DNA from: Nannocystis bainbridge
GTDB taxonomy: Bacteria; Myxococcota_A; Polyangia; Nannocystales; Nannocystaceae
Direction: 5' to 3'
Length of the DNA: 64,000 bases
Assembly: GCF_028368995.1 (NCBI RefSeq)
Contig: NZ_JAQNDL010000001.1
Span: 640,001 to 704,000 of the forward strand
Shown: positions 30,030-40,600 of the stretch, one piece after another
How positions within the stretch are numbered: the stretch's first letter is position 1
Layout of the letters: every line of letters begins with the position of its first letter
Notes under the pieces: model-generated
What the model was told of the DNA's origin: nothing
Database searches by the model: none
Seen by the model: the letters and a program-made list of their open reading frames with translations, nothing else
Position numbers and translations under genes: made by a program

Positions 30030-30058
30030 TTACGCCTCGAATCGACGTCCACTAATCT
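30030..30058 (+). promoter_or_regulatory. Putative sigma70-type promoter for a leaderless mRNA of the giant operon
   Basis: TTACGC-17 nt-TAATCT, 6 nt before the ATG at 30065; no SD sequence. Confidence 0.45.
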
Positions 30059-30064
30059 CGTTCC

Positions 30065-33000
30065 ATGGCCGTCCGTCGTGGGATCAGCATCCTCGATCTG
30101 TTGCCGCAAACCACCGGGGTCGCGTTGCAGATCCCCGATGGCATCGTCGAGCAGATCGGCATCCTCACGATCTTGGACCATCGGTCCACCACCAGCGACG
30201 ACTACTTCCTCCACGAGGGCACGCTGCAGTCGATCGCCGACGCGCTCGACCTCGACACCTCCGACTGGGCGCTGCGGATCCCCGGCCTGACGCACGGGCT
30301 CCCGTTCCGGCTGGCGATTCGCCGGCCTGGGGCCCCGCCGGCGGGCCAGCAGGAGGGCGAGCCGTCGCTGTGGACCATCGACATCCAGGTGTGGGACGTC
30401 GAGGTCTTGCTCCCGGGCGTACGGCCGGCGCGGCCGGTCGGTGGCACGGGCGTCACCCCGCTCACGCTCGAGCCGCTGGTCCGGCCCCCGCCGGCGGACC
30501 GCGTCTATTTGGTCGCGCGCGGCGTCGTACGGATCAGCGGCGGCGGGGCGGGCGGCACCCAGGTCCAGGTCGTCGATTCACCGGACCCGCTCGATCCGAC
30601 CGCCCCGACCGGCGCCGTCATTCGCCTCACCGCGCGGCCGCCGAGCTTCCTGTTCGGCAGCTCGCAATACGGCATGACGCTCGATCAATTCGTCATCGAT
30701 TTGAGCAGCACCTATACCCCCGCCGAGATCATGGCGCGCGGCCACGACGAGGCCTGGCAGGGCCTCGCCTTCAAAGAGACCACCTTTTACTTTCCGCCCG
30801 AGACCCCGCTCGTCCACAGCCTCTCGGTCAGCGCCCGCGACGTGATCCTCGGCGATCCGGGCGGCCTCCAGGGCGAGCTGCGGATCGAGTTCGGCCAGGA
30901 CTTCGCCGACGTTTACAACAGCCGGCTGGCGATCAAGCAGCAGCAGGGCACCGGCGAGGTCGAAGTCCCCGAGACCACGATCCCGCCGAAGGGCACCGCG
31001 CTCGAGTACGCGATCGCCGTCGGCCCCGGCGGCGAATCGCAGCGGCTGCGCGCCGTGTTCGAAGTCGGCGCCGGCGAGCTCATCCCCGGTCACACCGACC
31101 TCGCCGTCGTCGGCGTGTGGTGGAAGCTGCCGGACGACACCGAGGGCACCACCCCCACCACCCCATGGTTCGAGGGGCCCGCCTCCGGCCGCTTGCGCTA
31201 CCGCCTGCGGGTCGGCCATCCCAGCACCGCCGACAACACCGCGACCCCGCCGACCGCCATCCCGGCCGATCAGCGTGAGCTCGTCGAGGTGAGCGTCAGC
31301 TTCCCGCGCCAGGCCGGCGGGCCGACCGGCACCGGCCCGCTCGTCGACGCCACGATCGGCGCCGACACCCTCAACAACGTGCTGCACCTGCGCGGCCCGC
31401 GAGAGCTGCTGGCGACCGTCAACTTGCAGCTGCGCAGCGGCACCGGTGACTGGACCCTCGGCACCGGCGGCGCGCCGACCAGCCGCACCGGCGTCGCCTC
31501 GTTCGCCCTGCCGCTCTTGCCCGTCGGCACCACCACCGTCGACCTCGTCGTCAGCAACAGCGACGGCAGCCGGCGCGTGCGCATCGACGTCGTGCCGACC
31601 GGCCCGATCGCCGTCGGTCACCAGAGCACCGCCGTCAACGCCTCGCCGTCGCGGGTCACCGTGGTGGGCACCGGCCCCGCCACCCCGACCGCGGTCATCG
31701 ACACCTTCCTCGCCACCCCCTTCCACAAGCGCGCCGAGCGGCCCGCCGCGCCGAACTCGGCCACGATCGCCGCCGCCGACATCACAGTCCCGCAGGGCGC
31801 CGACGCCGAGGTCGAGGTCCCGGTCCCGACCGGCGCCACCGATCCGCCGCCGCAGCCGGTGCTGCCCAACGAGACCCCGCGGGTCGTGCAGGTCCAGTAC
31901 GCCTGGGATCAGAACACCCCGATCCGCGTGCTCTACCCCTACGCCGGCAGCTCGACCGCGGGCGCCGGACTGCACGAGCCCGACGCCCACCCGCTCGCGC
32001 TCGGCTTCACCGGCCGCCCGGGCCCCGGCGGCAACAACGTCCATCAGCAGCTCACCACCTGGATCGCCGCGCTCGGCACCGCGAACGGGCGCAAGTTCTA
32101 CGTCCTCGGCCGCACCGACGACCTCAAGCTCAACGGCAACAAGGCCGAGAACGACACCTACAACAACACCCTCGCCACCCGCCGCGCCGAGGCGGCCCGT
32201 GACGCGCTGATCGCCGCCGGCGTCGCGCTCACCGACATCACCATCGCCATCGAGTCGGCCGGCTTCGGCTCGCCGCCGGCCGGCAGCCCGCCCGCGCGGT
32301 TCTCCGGCGCCCGCCGCCTGGCCTTGCCGTGGCCGCAGTCGCCGACGTTCGCGGCCACCGCGTTCCCGGTGTGGAACCGCAAGTGGAACGCGGACAGCAC
32401 CACCGATCGCAGCGCCGCGATCAACGACTCCAACCGCCCGCCGTACCGCTGCGCCGAGATCTACGTGGTCGACACCACCGCCCCGCCGGCGCCGGGGCCC
32501 GTGATCCCGGGTCCGGGCGTGCCGACGCGGTTCCTCGTGCCCGGCCCCGACGGCGCCCCCGATCCGGGCGTCAGCTCGACCACCACCAAGCCGCCGCCGA
32601 CCGACTACCGCGTGCGCCTGCGCGTCAAGTGGGACAGCCCCACCGTCGTCAGCCCGGCCGACGCCATCCCGACCGAGGCCGAGGCGCTGGTCGCCTGGAA
32701 GGCCGCGCAGATCGAGCTGCCCGCGAGCACCAGCGGCAACCCGCCGCCGCTGCCGCCGCCGACCGGGCCCGATTACTGGGAGCTGCTGCTGCGCTGGGCC
32801 TACGACGCGCGCAGCGGCCAGACCGAGGCCAGCGGCGCCCTCAGCCTGCCTGACGGCGCGCTGACCTGGCAGAGCGACGCGCTCGCCGGGGCCCTCGCGT
32901 TCGGGCCGGTGATCACGGCCCTGGCCGACCCCGCCGACGTCGTCGACGGCGCCTTCGGTCAGTTCGTCGCGGCCGCGGCGATCCTCGCCGTCGGCGCCGC

Positions 33001-36000
33001 CATCGGCGAGCTGCTCAACACCGGCAGCGGCCCCGAGAGCAGCGTCGACATCGACAAGCTCGCCATCTCGTACAAGTGGAACGGCGCCGCCCAGGTCGCC
33101 GCCACCGTCGACTACACGATCGACCTGCGGATCAACGTCAGCGTCGCCGGCGCGGGCTCGCTGACCGGGCACCTGCGCATGCGCTACAAGGGCGTCGGCC
33201 TGCGCTTCGCCGGCAAGCCCGAGGGCGGGCTCGCCGGCGTCGCCCTGACCTACGACAGCATGAGCGTCGAGGTCGTCGACCCCGGCACGTGGAGCCTCGG
33301 CGGCCCGCTCGGCAACCTGATCCGGATCGCCGCCTCGCGCATGGGTCACGGCTCGCAGTGGATGGAGTTCGACCTCGAGTTCGCGCTCGACCTCGGCGTC
33401 GTCCGCCTCGAGGGCGCGACCATCCGCGTCAACCTGCCCGACGAGAGCGCCCCGTTCAAGGTCGAGTTCCGCGGCCTCACCGCTTCGATCGACATCCCCG
33501 GCGCGCTCAAGGGCAAGGGCTCGGTCACTCTCGGCGACGGCGGCTCGTTCCGCGCCCTGCTGTCGCTCGAGGTCATCCCGGCCAAGCTCAGCGCCTACGG
33601 GGCGCTCGCCGTCGACCAGGACTTCGTCTCGGTCGAGGTCGGCGTGCAGCTCCCGGTCGGCATCCCGCTCGGCGCCACCGGCTTCGGCATCTTCGGCTTC
33701 ATCGGCCGGTTCGTCGCCAACGGCACCCGCAACCTCGAAGGCCTCACCAACCCCGAGCCGGTGCAGCGCCAGCTCGACTGGTACACCCGCGCGCCCCAGC
33801 TCAAGTACAAGCGCAAGTCGGGCCAGTACGCCTTCGGCGTCGGCGCCGTGGTCGGCACCCTGCCCGACAGCGGCTTCACCTTCAACGCCGAGGGCTCGCT
33901 GACGATCGGCTTCCCCGACGTCTCGGTGATCTTCGGCATCGACGCCAAGCTCGTCACCCAGCGCAAGAGCGCCGCCACCGAGTCGGGCACGGCTGCCCCT
34001 CCCGGCGGCCTGCGGATCCTCGGCATGGTCCTGATCGAGCCCGACTCGATCATGATCGGCGTGCGCGGCTCGTACGACATCCCCAAGGTCCTCAAGCTCG
34101 AGATCCCGATCTCCGCCTACTTCCCGCTCGCCGGCGGCGACGCCTGGTACATCCGGATCGGCTCCGACAACCACGCGACCCGCCCGGGCAACCCGGTCTC
34201 CATCATCCTGCTGCCGACGATCCTCGACGTGCGCGCCTGGGCGTTCGTCATGATCGAGGAGCGCCAGCTCCACGGCCTCGGCGGCACGCTGGTCCCGCTC
34301 GACCTGGCCCAGCCGCTCGACTTCGACGGCTTCTCGATCGGCATGGGCGCGGGCTTCGACCTCAAGTGGTCGGCCGGCCCGTTCAAGCTCGAGATCAGCG
34401 CCTTCTTGCTGGTCGGCCTCGGCACCAAGCCGCTGCTGTTCGCCGGCGCCGCCGGCATCAAGGGCGAGCTCGACCTCGTGCTGATCTCGGTCGGCGTCGA
34501 CGGCCTCGTGCATTTCCACGTGTCGCCCGGCTACAGCTACTTCGAGGGCCACTTCTGCGGCCACGTCGACCTGTTCTTCTTCGAGATCTCCGGCTGCGTC
34601 GACATCCGGATCGGCGACGACCCGCCGTCGAACATCCCGGTGCCCGAGTCGCCGATCGCCGGCATGGACCTGTGCGACCACCTCGCGGTCGTCAAGGGCG
34701 CCGCGGCGCGCAACGGCGTCGGCGCGGCGCCGACGGTGTGGCCCGACACCATCGCCGTGCTGCGCTTCGCCCACTACGCCCAGGACGGCCTCGGCGGCAC
34801 CGCCGACTTCGAGCGCCGGCTGGCCGCTCCGGCCGCGCTGTCGCCGTGGAGCGGCTCGACCGAGCTGAAGTACGCCTTCCGGCTCAAGCAGGTCACGCTG
34901 TGGAGGCTGACCGGCGCCGACCCGAACAACGCGGCGCACTACACCCACGTGCCCGGGCCGTTCGACGCCGCCTGGTGGATGCCGTCGTGGCGCAAGTCGA
35001 TCATCGAGGGCGGCGACAACACCGGCCCCAGCACCGAGGAGGGCCGCGAGCTCGGGCTGTTCAGCTGGGACCCGCGCGCCTGGTCGCGCTGGCTCGGCGA
35101 GGGCTCGCAGGAGGTCCCCGGCAACCCCGGCAACACCGTCGAGCACCTTTGCGACGAGGTCGCCGCGGCGGGGCCCTCGTGCGCCTACGGCCGCGCCCGC
35201 GTCTACGCGTACGGGGTGCTCGGCGCCTTCACGGCCGAGCCGCCGGCCGGCGCGGTGTTCCCGAGCCGCTTCAAGCTGTTCGCCAGGTTCGCCGACGGCC
35301 TCGACGCCGGCATGCTGGCCGGCCTCGGCGCCGACGCCGGCTGGACCTGGATCCCCGGCGCCGTCGCCCCGCTGCACGGCGCCATCGACCTCCACGGCAC
35401 CGTACTCGAAGAAGGCTGGCGGTTCCCGTCGTGGCGCGCCGTCGGCAAGATCGTCGGCACCGCGCCGATCGTGCTGCCGCTGTCGAAGCCGCTGCTGGAG
35501 GGCGAGCTGGTGCTCGAGGTCTGCAGCGACAAGGAGACCGCGGTCATCACAAGCGGCGTGTGCGACCCGATGCCGAGCGGCGACGGCCTGATCGAGGGCT
35601 TCGTCGGCGCCTCGAAGACCAAATATTCCGGCAGCTCGCTGCAGCCGGTCCTCATCGGCCAGGTGTGGGCGCTGCGCCTGCTGAAGAACGTGCTCGAGGG
35701 CCAGTACCCGGGCACGATCGACGCGGTCGCGGTCGACGTCGACCCCAACGGCAGCACCGCGACCCTGACCGCCTACGGCCCCAACAACGTGGTGCTCGGC
35801 ACGGCCCAGACTGTCGGCGCCGGCCGCCAGTGGCTGCGGATCGAGGCCCCGGGGATCGTCAAGATGCGCCTGACCGGCGAGAAGCAGCCGGTTCTTTACG
35901 AGGTCTGCTGGGGCCGCAAGCGGCCGATCCTCGACCTCGTCCCGTTCAAGCCCAGCGAGTGGCCGCGGGTGATCGCCATCGACATCCACGACAAGCAGAC

Positions 36001-37585
36001 CGCGCTCGAGCCCGAGGTCCTCAAGGGCGACGGCGAGTGCCCCAAGGTCCGCTACAAGCTGCCGCAGAGCGACGGCTGGACCCGCCTCGAGGTCGCGCCG
36101 TGGAACCGCGGCGACGTCGCCCTGGTCGCCCTGTGCGGCGTGACCATGGAGGCGCGCGCCGCCCAGCAGGCCGAGGTCGACTACCGCGCCTCGCTCGTGA
36201 ACCTGCTGCAGCTCTGGGTCGCCGCGGCGCTCGACAACAAGCCGACGCACAAGACCTACCTCGAAGACGCCGCGACCTACGAGATCCGGGTCGAATGGCA
36301 GTACCAGGGCTTCCGCCCCGCGAGCCCCGGCCAGGACCCGCCGCCGCCGAGCGCCGGCGGCTGGCTCGACCCACCCGGTTTGCCCGAGCGCTACCGCTTC
36401 AAGACCGCGGCCTTCGGCCTGGCCGCCGCGCCGCCCGCGGTCCAGAGCTCGAGCCTCGAGAACCCGGCCCAGGGCGGCCCGGGCTTCGACGAGCGGACCT
36501 TCGATCCTCGCGGCGTCGCTCGCTACCTCACCCGCGCCGCGCCCTCGCACGAGGATCCGCCGCATTTCCTCGACGACCACGCCGGCTTCTGGTTCATGGT
36601 CGATCACCTCGAGTCGCTGGTCGACAAGTACGACCGCACCTTGCAGGTCAAGGTGCTTCACACGCGGCCGCCGGCCGGCTCGATCGACCCGGCCGCCTCA
36701 CATCCCTCGGGCGGCCTGCACGTGCTCGACGTGACCGTCGCCGTCGAATGGAAGGTCGACACCAGCACCTGGTTCCTCGCCGATCAGCAGCTCGTCGAGG
36801 CCGTCGTCGCCGCCCCGTGCGTCGGCGGCACCCCGGCCGTCGGCTCGTCCTCGGTGTCCGTCACCGCCGACCTCGAGCCGCGCACCGAGTACGACCTGCT
36901 GCTCAACGCCGCGCCGAAGATCGTCGACGCGTTCCCCGAGGTCCCGATCGCCCGCAGCCACTTCCGGACCTCGCGCTACCGCAACCCGACCGAGATGTTG
37001 CGCGCCCTCGGGTTCGCCACCCCGGTCGGCCTGTCCCCGCCGAACGACGCCCTGATCGTCGCCCCGCTGCCCGCTGGATCGCTGGCGATCGGCGACACCG
37101 AGCTCGACGCCGCCCTGACGGCGCTCGGCCTCGACCCGTGGCCGCTGCCGCCCGCCCCGCGCACCACCCTGCTGTGGCAGCAACCGGCCGCGCCGAACCA
37201 GCCCTGGCGCATCGCCGGTGTCTTGATCGAGGCCGACGAGCCGGTGTGGCGCGCCGGGCTGCGCACCGGCGCCCTCAATCAGCCGACCCCGCCGCCGCGG
37301 CTCGAGGTGATGAGCCTCCAGCTCCACCGCACCTTCGAGCAGCTGGTGCCCTTGCCAGCGCCGCCGCACCTCGTCACCGCGCGGGCCCTGCTGGCCTCGC
37401 TCACCGAGCGCGTCCGCAACGCCGCGGGCACCCGCTGCATCTTCACCGCCAACGCCCCGATCGCCATGACCGGCGGCCGCATCTACGACCTCGAGCTCAG
37501 GTTCCGCGAGAACGGCAGCCCGGGCGCCATCGGGGCCGCGCCGCTCGTCGACCGCCCGCTGTTCGTGCTGGAGGAGGGCGACTGA
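30065..37585 (+). CDS. 2506-aa protein with OmpA-like peptidoglycan-binding domain and DUF6603-like beta-rich region
   Basis: GRTDD...YNNTLATRRAEAARDALIAAGV..YRCAEI (OmpA-C-like); LPVGIPLGATGFGIFGFIGRF..FGVGAVVGTLPDSGFTFNA (DUF6603-like); strong GC3 bias. Confidence 0.85.
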   Translation: MAVRRGISILDLLPQTTGVALQIPDGIVEQIGILTILDHRSTTSDDYFLHEGTLQSIADALDLDTSDWALRIPGLTHGLPFRLAIRRPGAPPAGQQEGEPSLWTIDIQVWDVEVLLPGVRPARPVGGTGVTPLTLEPLVRPPPADRVYLVARGVVRISGGGAGGTQVQVVDSPDPLDPTAPTGAVIRLTARPPSFLFGSSQYGMTLDQFVIDLSSTYTPAEIMARGHDEAWQGLAFKETTFYFPPETPLVHSLSVSARDVILGDPGGLQGELRIEFGQDFADVYNSRLAIKQQQGTGEVEVPETTIPPKGTALEYAIAVGPGGESQRLRAVFEVGAGELIPGHTDLAVVGVWWKLPDDTEGTTPTTPWFEGPASGRLRYRLRVGHPSTADNTATPPTAIPADQRELVEVSVSFPRQAGGPTGTGPLVDATIGADTLNNVLHLRGPRELLATVNLQLRSGTGDWTLGTGGAPTSRTGVASFALPLLPVGTTTVDLVVSNSDGSRRVRIDVVPTGPIAVGHQSTAVNASPSRVTVVGTGPATPTAVIDTFLATPFHKRAERPAAPNSATIAAADITVPQGADAEVEVPVPTGATDPPPQPVLPNETPRVVQVQYAWDQNTPIRVLYPYAGSSTAGAGLHEPDAHPLALGFTGRPGPGGNNVHQQLTTWIAALGTANGRKFYVLGRTDDLKLNGNKAENDTYNNTLATRRAEAARDALIAAGVALTDITIAIESAGFGSPPAGSPPARFSGARRLALPWPQSPTFAATAFPVWNRKWNADSTTDRSAAINDSNRPPYRCAEIYVVDTTAPPAPGPVIPGPGVPTRFLVPGPDGAPDPGVSSTTTKPPPTDYRVRLRVKWDSPTVVSPADAIPTEAEALVAWKAAQIELPASTSGNPPPLPPPTGPDYWELLLRWAYDARSGQTEASGALSLPDGALTWQSDALAGALAFGPVITALADPADVVDGAFGQFVAAAAILAVGAAIGELLNTGSGPESSVDIDKLAISYKWNGAAQVAATVDYTIDLRINVSVAGAGSLTGHLRMRYKGVGLRFAGKPEGGLAGVALTYDSMSVEVVDPGTWSLGGPLGNLIRIAASRMGHGSQWMEFDLEFALDLGVVRLEGATIRVNLPDESAPFKVEFRGLTASIDIPGALKGKGSVTLGDGGSFRALLSLEVIPAKLSAYGALAVDQDFVSVEVGVQLPVGIPLGATGFGIFGFIGRFVANGTRNLEGLTNPEPVQRQLDWYTRAPQLKYKRKSGQYAFGVGAVVGTLPDSGFTFNAEGSLTIGFPDVSVIFGIDAKLVTQRKSAATESGTAAPPGGLRILGMVLIEPDSIMIGVRGSYDIPKVLKLEIPISAYFPLAGGDAWYIRIGSDNHATRPGNPVSIILLPTILDVRAWAFVMIEERQLHGLGGTLVPLDLAQPLDFDGFSIGMGAGFDLKWSAGPFKLEISAFLLVGLGTKPLLFAGAAGIKGELDLVLISVGVDGLVHFHVSPGYSYFEGHFCGHVDLFFFEISGCVDIRIGDDPPSNIPVPESPIAGMDLCDHLAVVKGAAARNGVGAAPTVWPDTIAVLRFAHYAQDGLGGTADFERRLAAPAALSPWSGSTELKYAFRLKQVTLWRLTGADPNNAAHYTHVPGPFDAAWWMPSWRKSIIEGGDNTGPSTEEGRELGLFSWDPRAWSRWLGEGSQEVPGNPGNTVEHLCDEVAAAGPSCAYGRARVYAYGVLGAFTAEPPAGAVFPSRFKLFARFADGLDAGMLAGLGADAGWTWIPGAVAPLHGAIDLHGTVLEEGWRFPSWRAVGKIVGTAPIVLPLSKPLLEGELVLEVCSDKETAVITSGVCDPMPSGDGLIEGFVGASKTKYSGSSLQPVLIGQVWALRLLKNVLEGQYPGTIDAVAVDVDPNGSTATLTAYGPNNVVLGTAQTVGAGRQWLRIEAPGIVKMRLTGEKQPVLYEVCWGRKRPILDLVPFKPSEWPRVIAIDIHDKQTALEPEVLKGDGECPKVRYKLPQSDGWTRLEVAPWNRGDVALVALCGVTMEARAAQQAEVDYRASLVNLLQLWVAAALDNKPTHKTYLEDAATYEIRVEWQYQGFRPASPGQDPPPPSAGGWLDPPGLPERYRFKTAAFGLAAAPPAVQSSSLENPAQGGPGFDERTFDPRGVARYLTRAAPSHEDPPHFLDDHAGFWFMVDHLESLVDKYDRTLQVKVLHTRPPAGSIDPAASHPSGGLHVLDVTVAVEWKVDTSTWFLADQQLVEAVVAAPCVGGTPAVGSSSVSVTADLEPRTEYDLLLNAAPKIVDAFPEVPIARSHFRTSRYRNPTEMLRALGFATPVGLSPPNDALIVAPLPAGSLAIGDTELDAALTALGLDPWPLPPAPRTTLLWQQPAAPNQPWRIAGVLIEADEPVWRAGLRTGALNQPTPPPRLEVMSLQLHRTFEQLVPLPAPPHLVTARALLASLTERVRNAAGTRCIFTANAPIAMTGGRIYDLELRFRENGSPGAIGAAPLVDRPLFVLEEGD

Positions 37586-37628
37586 TGCCGACGACCACGC
37601 TTCCCACCCCCACCGCGCAGGAGTCACG

Positions 37629-40600
37629 ATGAGCAGCATTCAGGCCCCCGTGTGGGCGTTCCATGCCGAGGCGATCGACGGCGTCGGCGACACGCACCTC
37701 CCGATCGGGATCCACGTCCGTGCCCTGCCGTCGGCGCGCCTCGGCCTGCCTGCCGCGCCGCTGGTCGTGTACCGCGCGGTCCTCGACCTCGACAAGTTCA
37801 AGCACCTCGTGCACGACGGCGGGGTCACCTGGATCGACAGCCACGGCGAGCCGCGCACGATCCCGTTCGAGGTCACCCCGGACAACCCGGTGTACGGCTA
37901 CTTCCCGGCGCCCGACGTGTTCTGGGCCGAGCTGCAGGCCGAGCCGGGTGACAAGCTCGACCCGCCCAAGCCGCCGCCGTTCAAGGACATCGGCGAGCTG
38001 ATCAAGGGCGAGTTCAAGGACGAGAAGGAACTCGAACATTTCGTCGCCACGATCGACCCGATCCTCGGCGACCAGCAGCAGCCCGCGGGCGTGCTGCGCT
38101 TCGAGGCGCTGACCAGCACCGGCGTCGGCTCGGCGCCGATCCTCTCGCGCTCGAGCGAGCGCTACGCCCTCGCCGCGTGGACGATCCAGCGCGTGCGCGT
38201 GGTCGGCAAGGGCAGCGTCAAGGGCATCCGCTGGCTCGACGACGCCGCGCTCAAGAAGGCCCAGATGGGCGATCAGCTGTGGCAGGTGTGGAGCCTGCCG
38301 GTCAAGCAGAAGGCCCGCTACATCCCGACCGCCAACGCCGAGTCGGAGGCCAAGGATCGGGTTCATCGCGCCGGCGCGACCCGCCTGCCCATGTACGTCG
38401 CCCACACCGCGACCGCCCCGGTGACCGCCCCGTCGGCGATCCCCGACGACGCCATGGTGCGCGTCGATCAGGTCCGCAGCGAGATCGATCGCTGGCTCGA
38501 CCTCGTGCTCGACGACACCAGCGTCGAGACCTGGCAGGTCACCGACAAGCAGGACGTCGACGGCAAGGACGGCGACATCCGCGTGCCCGTCGAACCATTC
38601 ATCCTCGCCGGCGCCGTCGACCCCGACGTCGGCCATTTCCTCGGCTTCGGCGACGTCGACACCAAGCCCCCGGCCGGCGCCGGCTCGCTGGTGTTCTACC
38701 GCGTGCGCGGGCTGTGGCGCTGGCGCGCCAAGCAGTGGAACTCGGCCCAGCAGCAGTCGTTCGCCGCGGCCGTGCGCGCCGACAGCAAGGCCGTCCAGGC
38801 CAGCTTCCCCGAGCTCACGGAGTGGGGCATCGGGCCCAAGGAGAAGGGGCCGTTCGTCGACCTCCACGCCACCGCGGTCGCGTTCGTCGGCACCCCGCCC
38901 GAGCTGCCGCCGGCGATGACCTTCGACAGCGCCGAGGACCGCGGCTGGCTCGCCGAGCCGCCGCCGCCCCACGTGCGCCGGGCCCTGCGCCTGCTCGCCA
39001 GCAAATTCCGCCCGCACGCCGTCGCTGCGCTCGCGGCCACCGACGTCCGCGGCGACCGCACCCTGCACGCGTTCCCCAAGTACGGGCGGCTCATCGTCGG
39101 CGAGCCGCTGCCGCCGGGCCTGCCGCTACCGCTGGTGGTGTCGCGCCCGATCGATCAAGGCGGCCCCGGCGAGGGCCGCTTCGAGGAGCGCGACGCCCCC
39201 GCGGGCGCCGTGTTCTACCGCCTCGCCGAGGGCGACTGGTTCGGCCGGTGGTCGCCGTGGCGCACGCTGCTGGCCCCGGCGAAGGCCCGCACGCCGCCGA
39301 TGCGCCCGGTCATCGAGATCTACCCTGAGCCGCCGACCGTCGCCGAGCCGGTGCAGACCGGCCCGCTGCACGGCACCATCACCCTGCGCATCCCGATCCC
39401 CCGCGTCTCCGAGCTGCCGCCCGGCGGCGCCCACCTGGCCAGCCTCGAGCTCGACGAGACCTTCGAGGGCAGCCCCACCACCACCGTCAGCTACATCCTC
39501 GCCAGCCCCGCGCCGGCCGTGATCGACACGGATCCGCCCACGCCTGACATGCTGCGCATCGTCCGTGACGGCCCCGACCTGCCGCGCTGCGGCTCGCGCA
39601 AGGTCACCTACACCGCCCGCTGGTTCGACGTGCTCGGCCTCGTCTCGCCCGACGCCCTGCCGGCCCAGCGCACGATCACCGACCCGCGCCCGCCGCCCCC
39701 GCCGCCCGTGATCACCGAGCTGCGCTGGACCGCCCGGCCCGACGCCGAGGGCCACGCGCGCGTCGACCTCGACTTCACCACCACCGTCGGCACCCGCTAC
39801 CGCGTGTTCGCCAGCAACGAGACCCTGCTGCTCAAGGCGCTGCAGCAGGGCGGCCACGTCACCGCCCGCAACGAGATCCTCGCCGCCGAGCCCGGCGCCC
39901 CGCGGGCCGAGAAGTTCAAGCAGTACAAGGCGCTGTTCGGCTGGGACCACTTCGAGGGCCTGACCAAGCAGCCGATCGTCGCCACCGGCACCACCACCCG
40001 CTTCGTCCACCGCGTGTCGGGCTCGCTCGAGGTGCTGGTGATCTACCGCGTGCTCGGCGAGGGCCCCTCGGGCGCGCTGTCCGAGATGTCGCAGGCCGAC
40101 CTGGTCCCGTTCGCGGTGCCGAACCTCGGCCCGCCGACGCGGCCGCAGGTCGCCGTCCTCAACGCCGGCCTCGATCCGACCACCGACGGCGTCAAGCTGC
40201 GCGTCAAGGTCCCGCGCAGCAAGGCCGCGCCGAAGGCCTGGCGCCTGCGGCGGACCAGCACGCCGACCCGCGAGTCACTCGCCATGCGGATCGTCGACAC
40301 CGGCCCGGTGAGCGGCGCCGAGGTCGACGGCGAGGGCACGAGCTTCGACATCCTCGCCGCCGCCCCGCTGAAGCCGTGGCGCATCTACAAGTTCGCGGTC
40401 GAGGTCCAGGCCGACGACCCACCCGGCGCGCCGACCGTCGGCGTGATCCTGCCCGGCGAGTGGAGCGAGGCCAGCGCCGCGGCCACGGTCTCGGCGATCC
40501 CGCCGGACCCACCCGCGGCCGCGTCCGGCATCGTGGTTCAGAACATCCCCGGCGCGCTGCAGATCACCCTCACCCACCCGCACGCCGACGCGCTGGGCGG

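Noticed and set aside
30578-36661. 2027-aa antisense ORF and similar long shadow ORFs (17655-21794, 17173-21201, 33076-37632, 40744-44022, 9103-12033)
   Set aside because: These are alternate or antisense frames of real genes in very high-GC DNA; low-complexity translations with no motifs.
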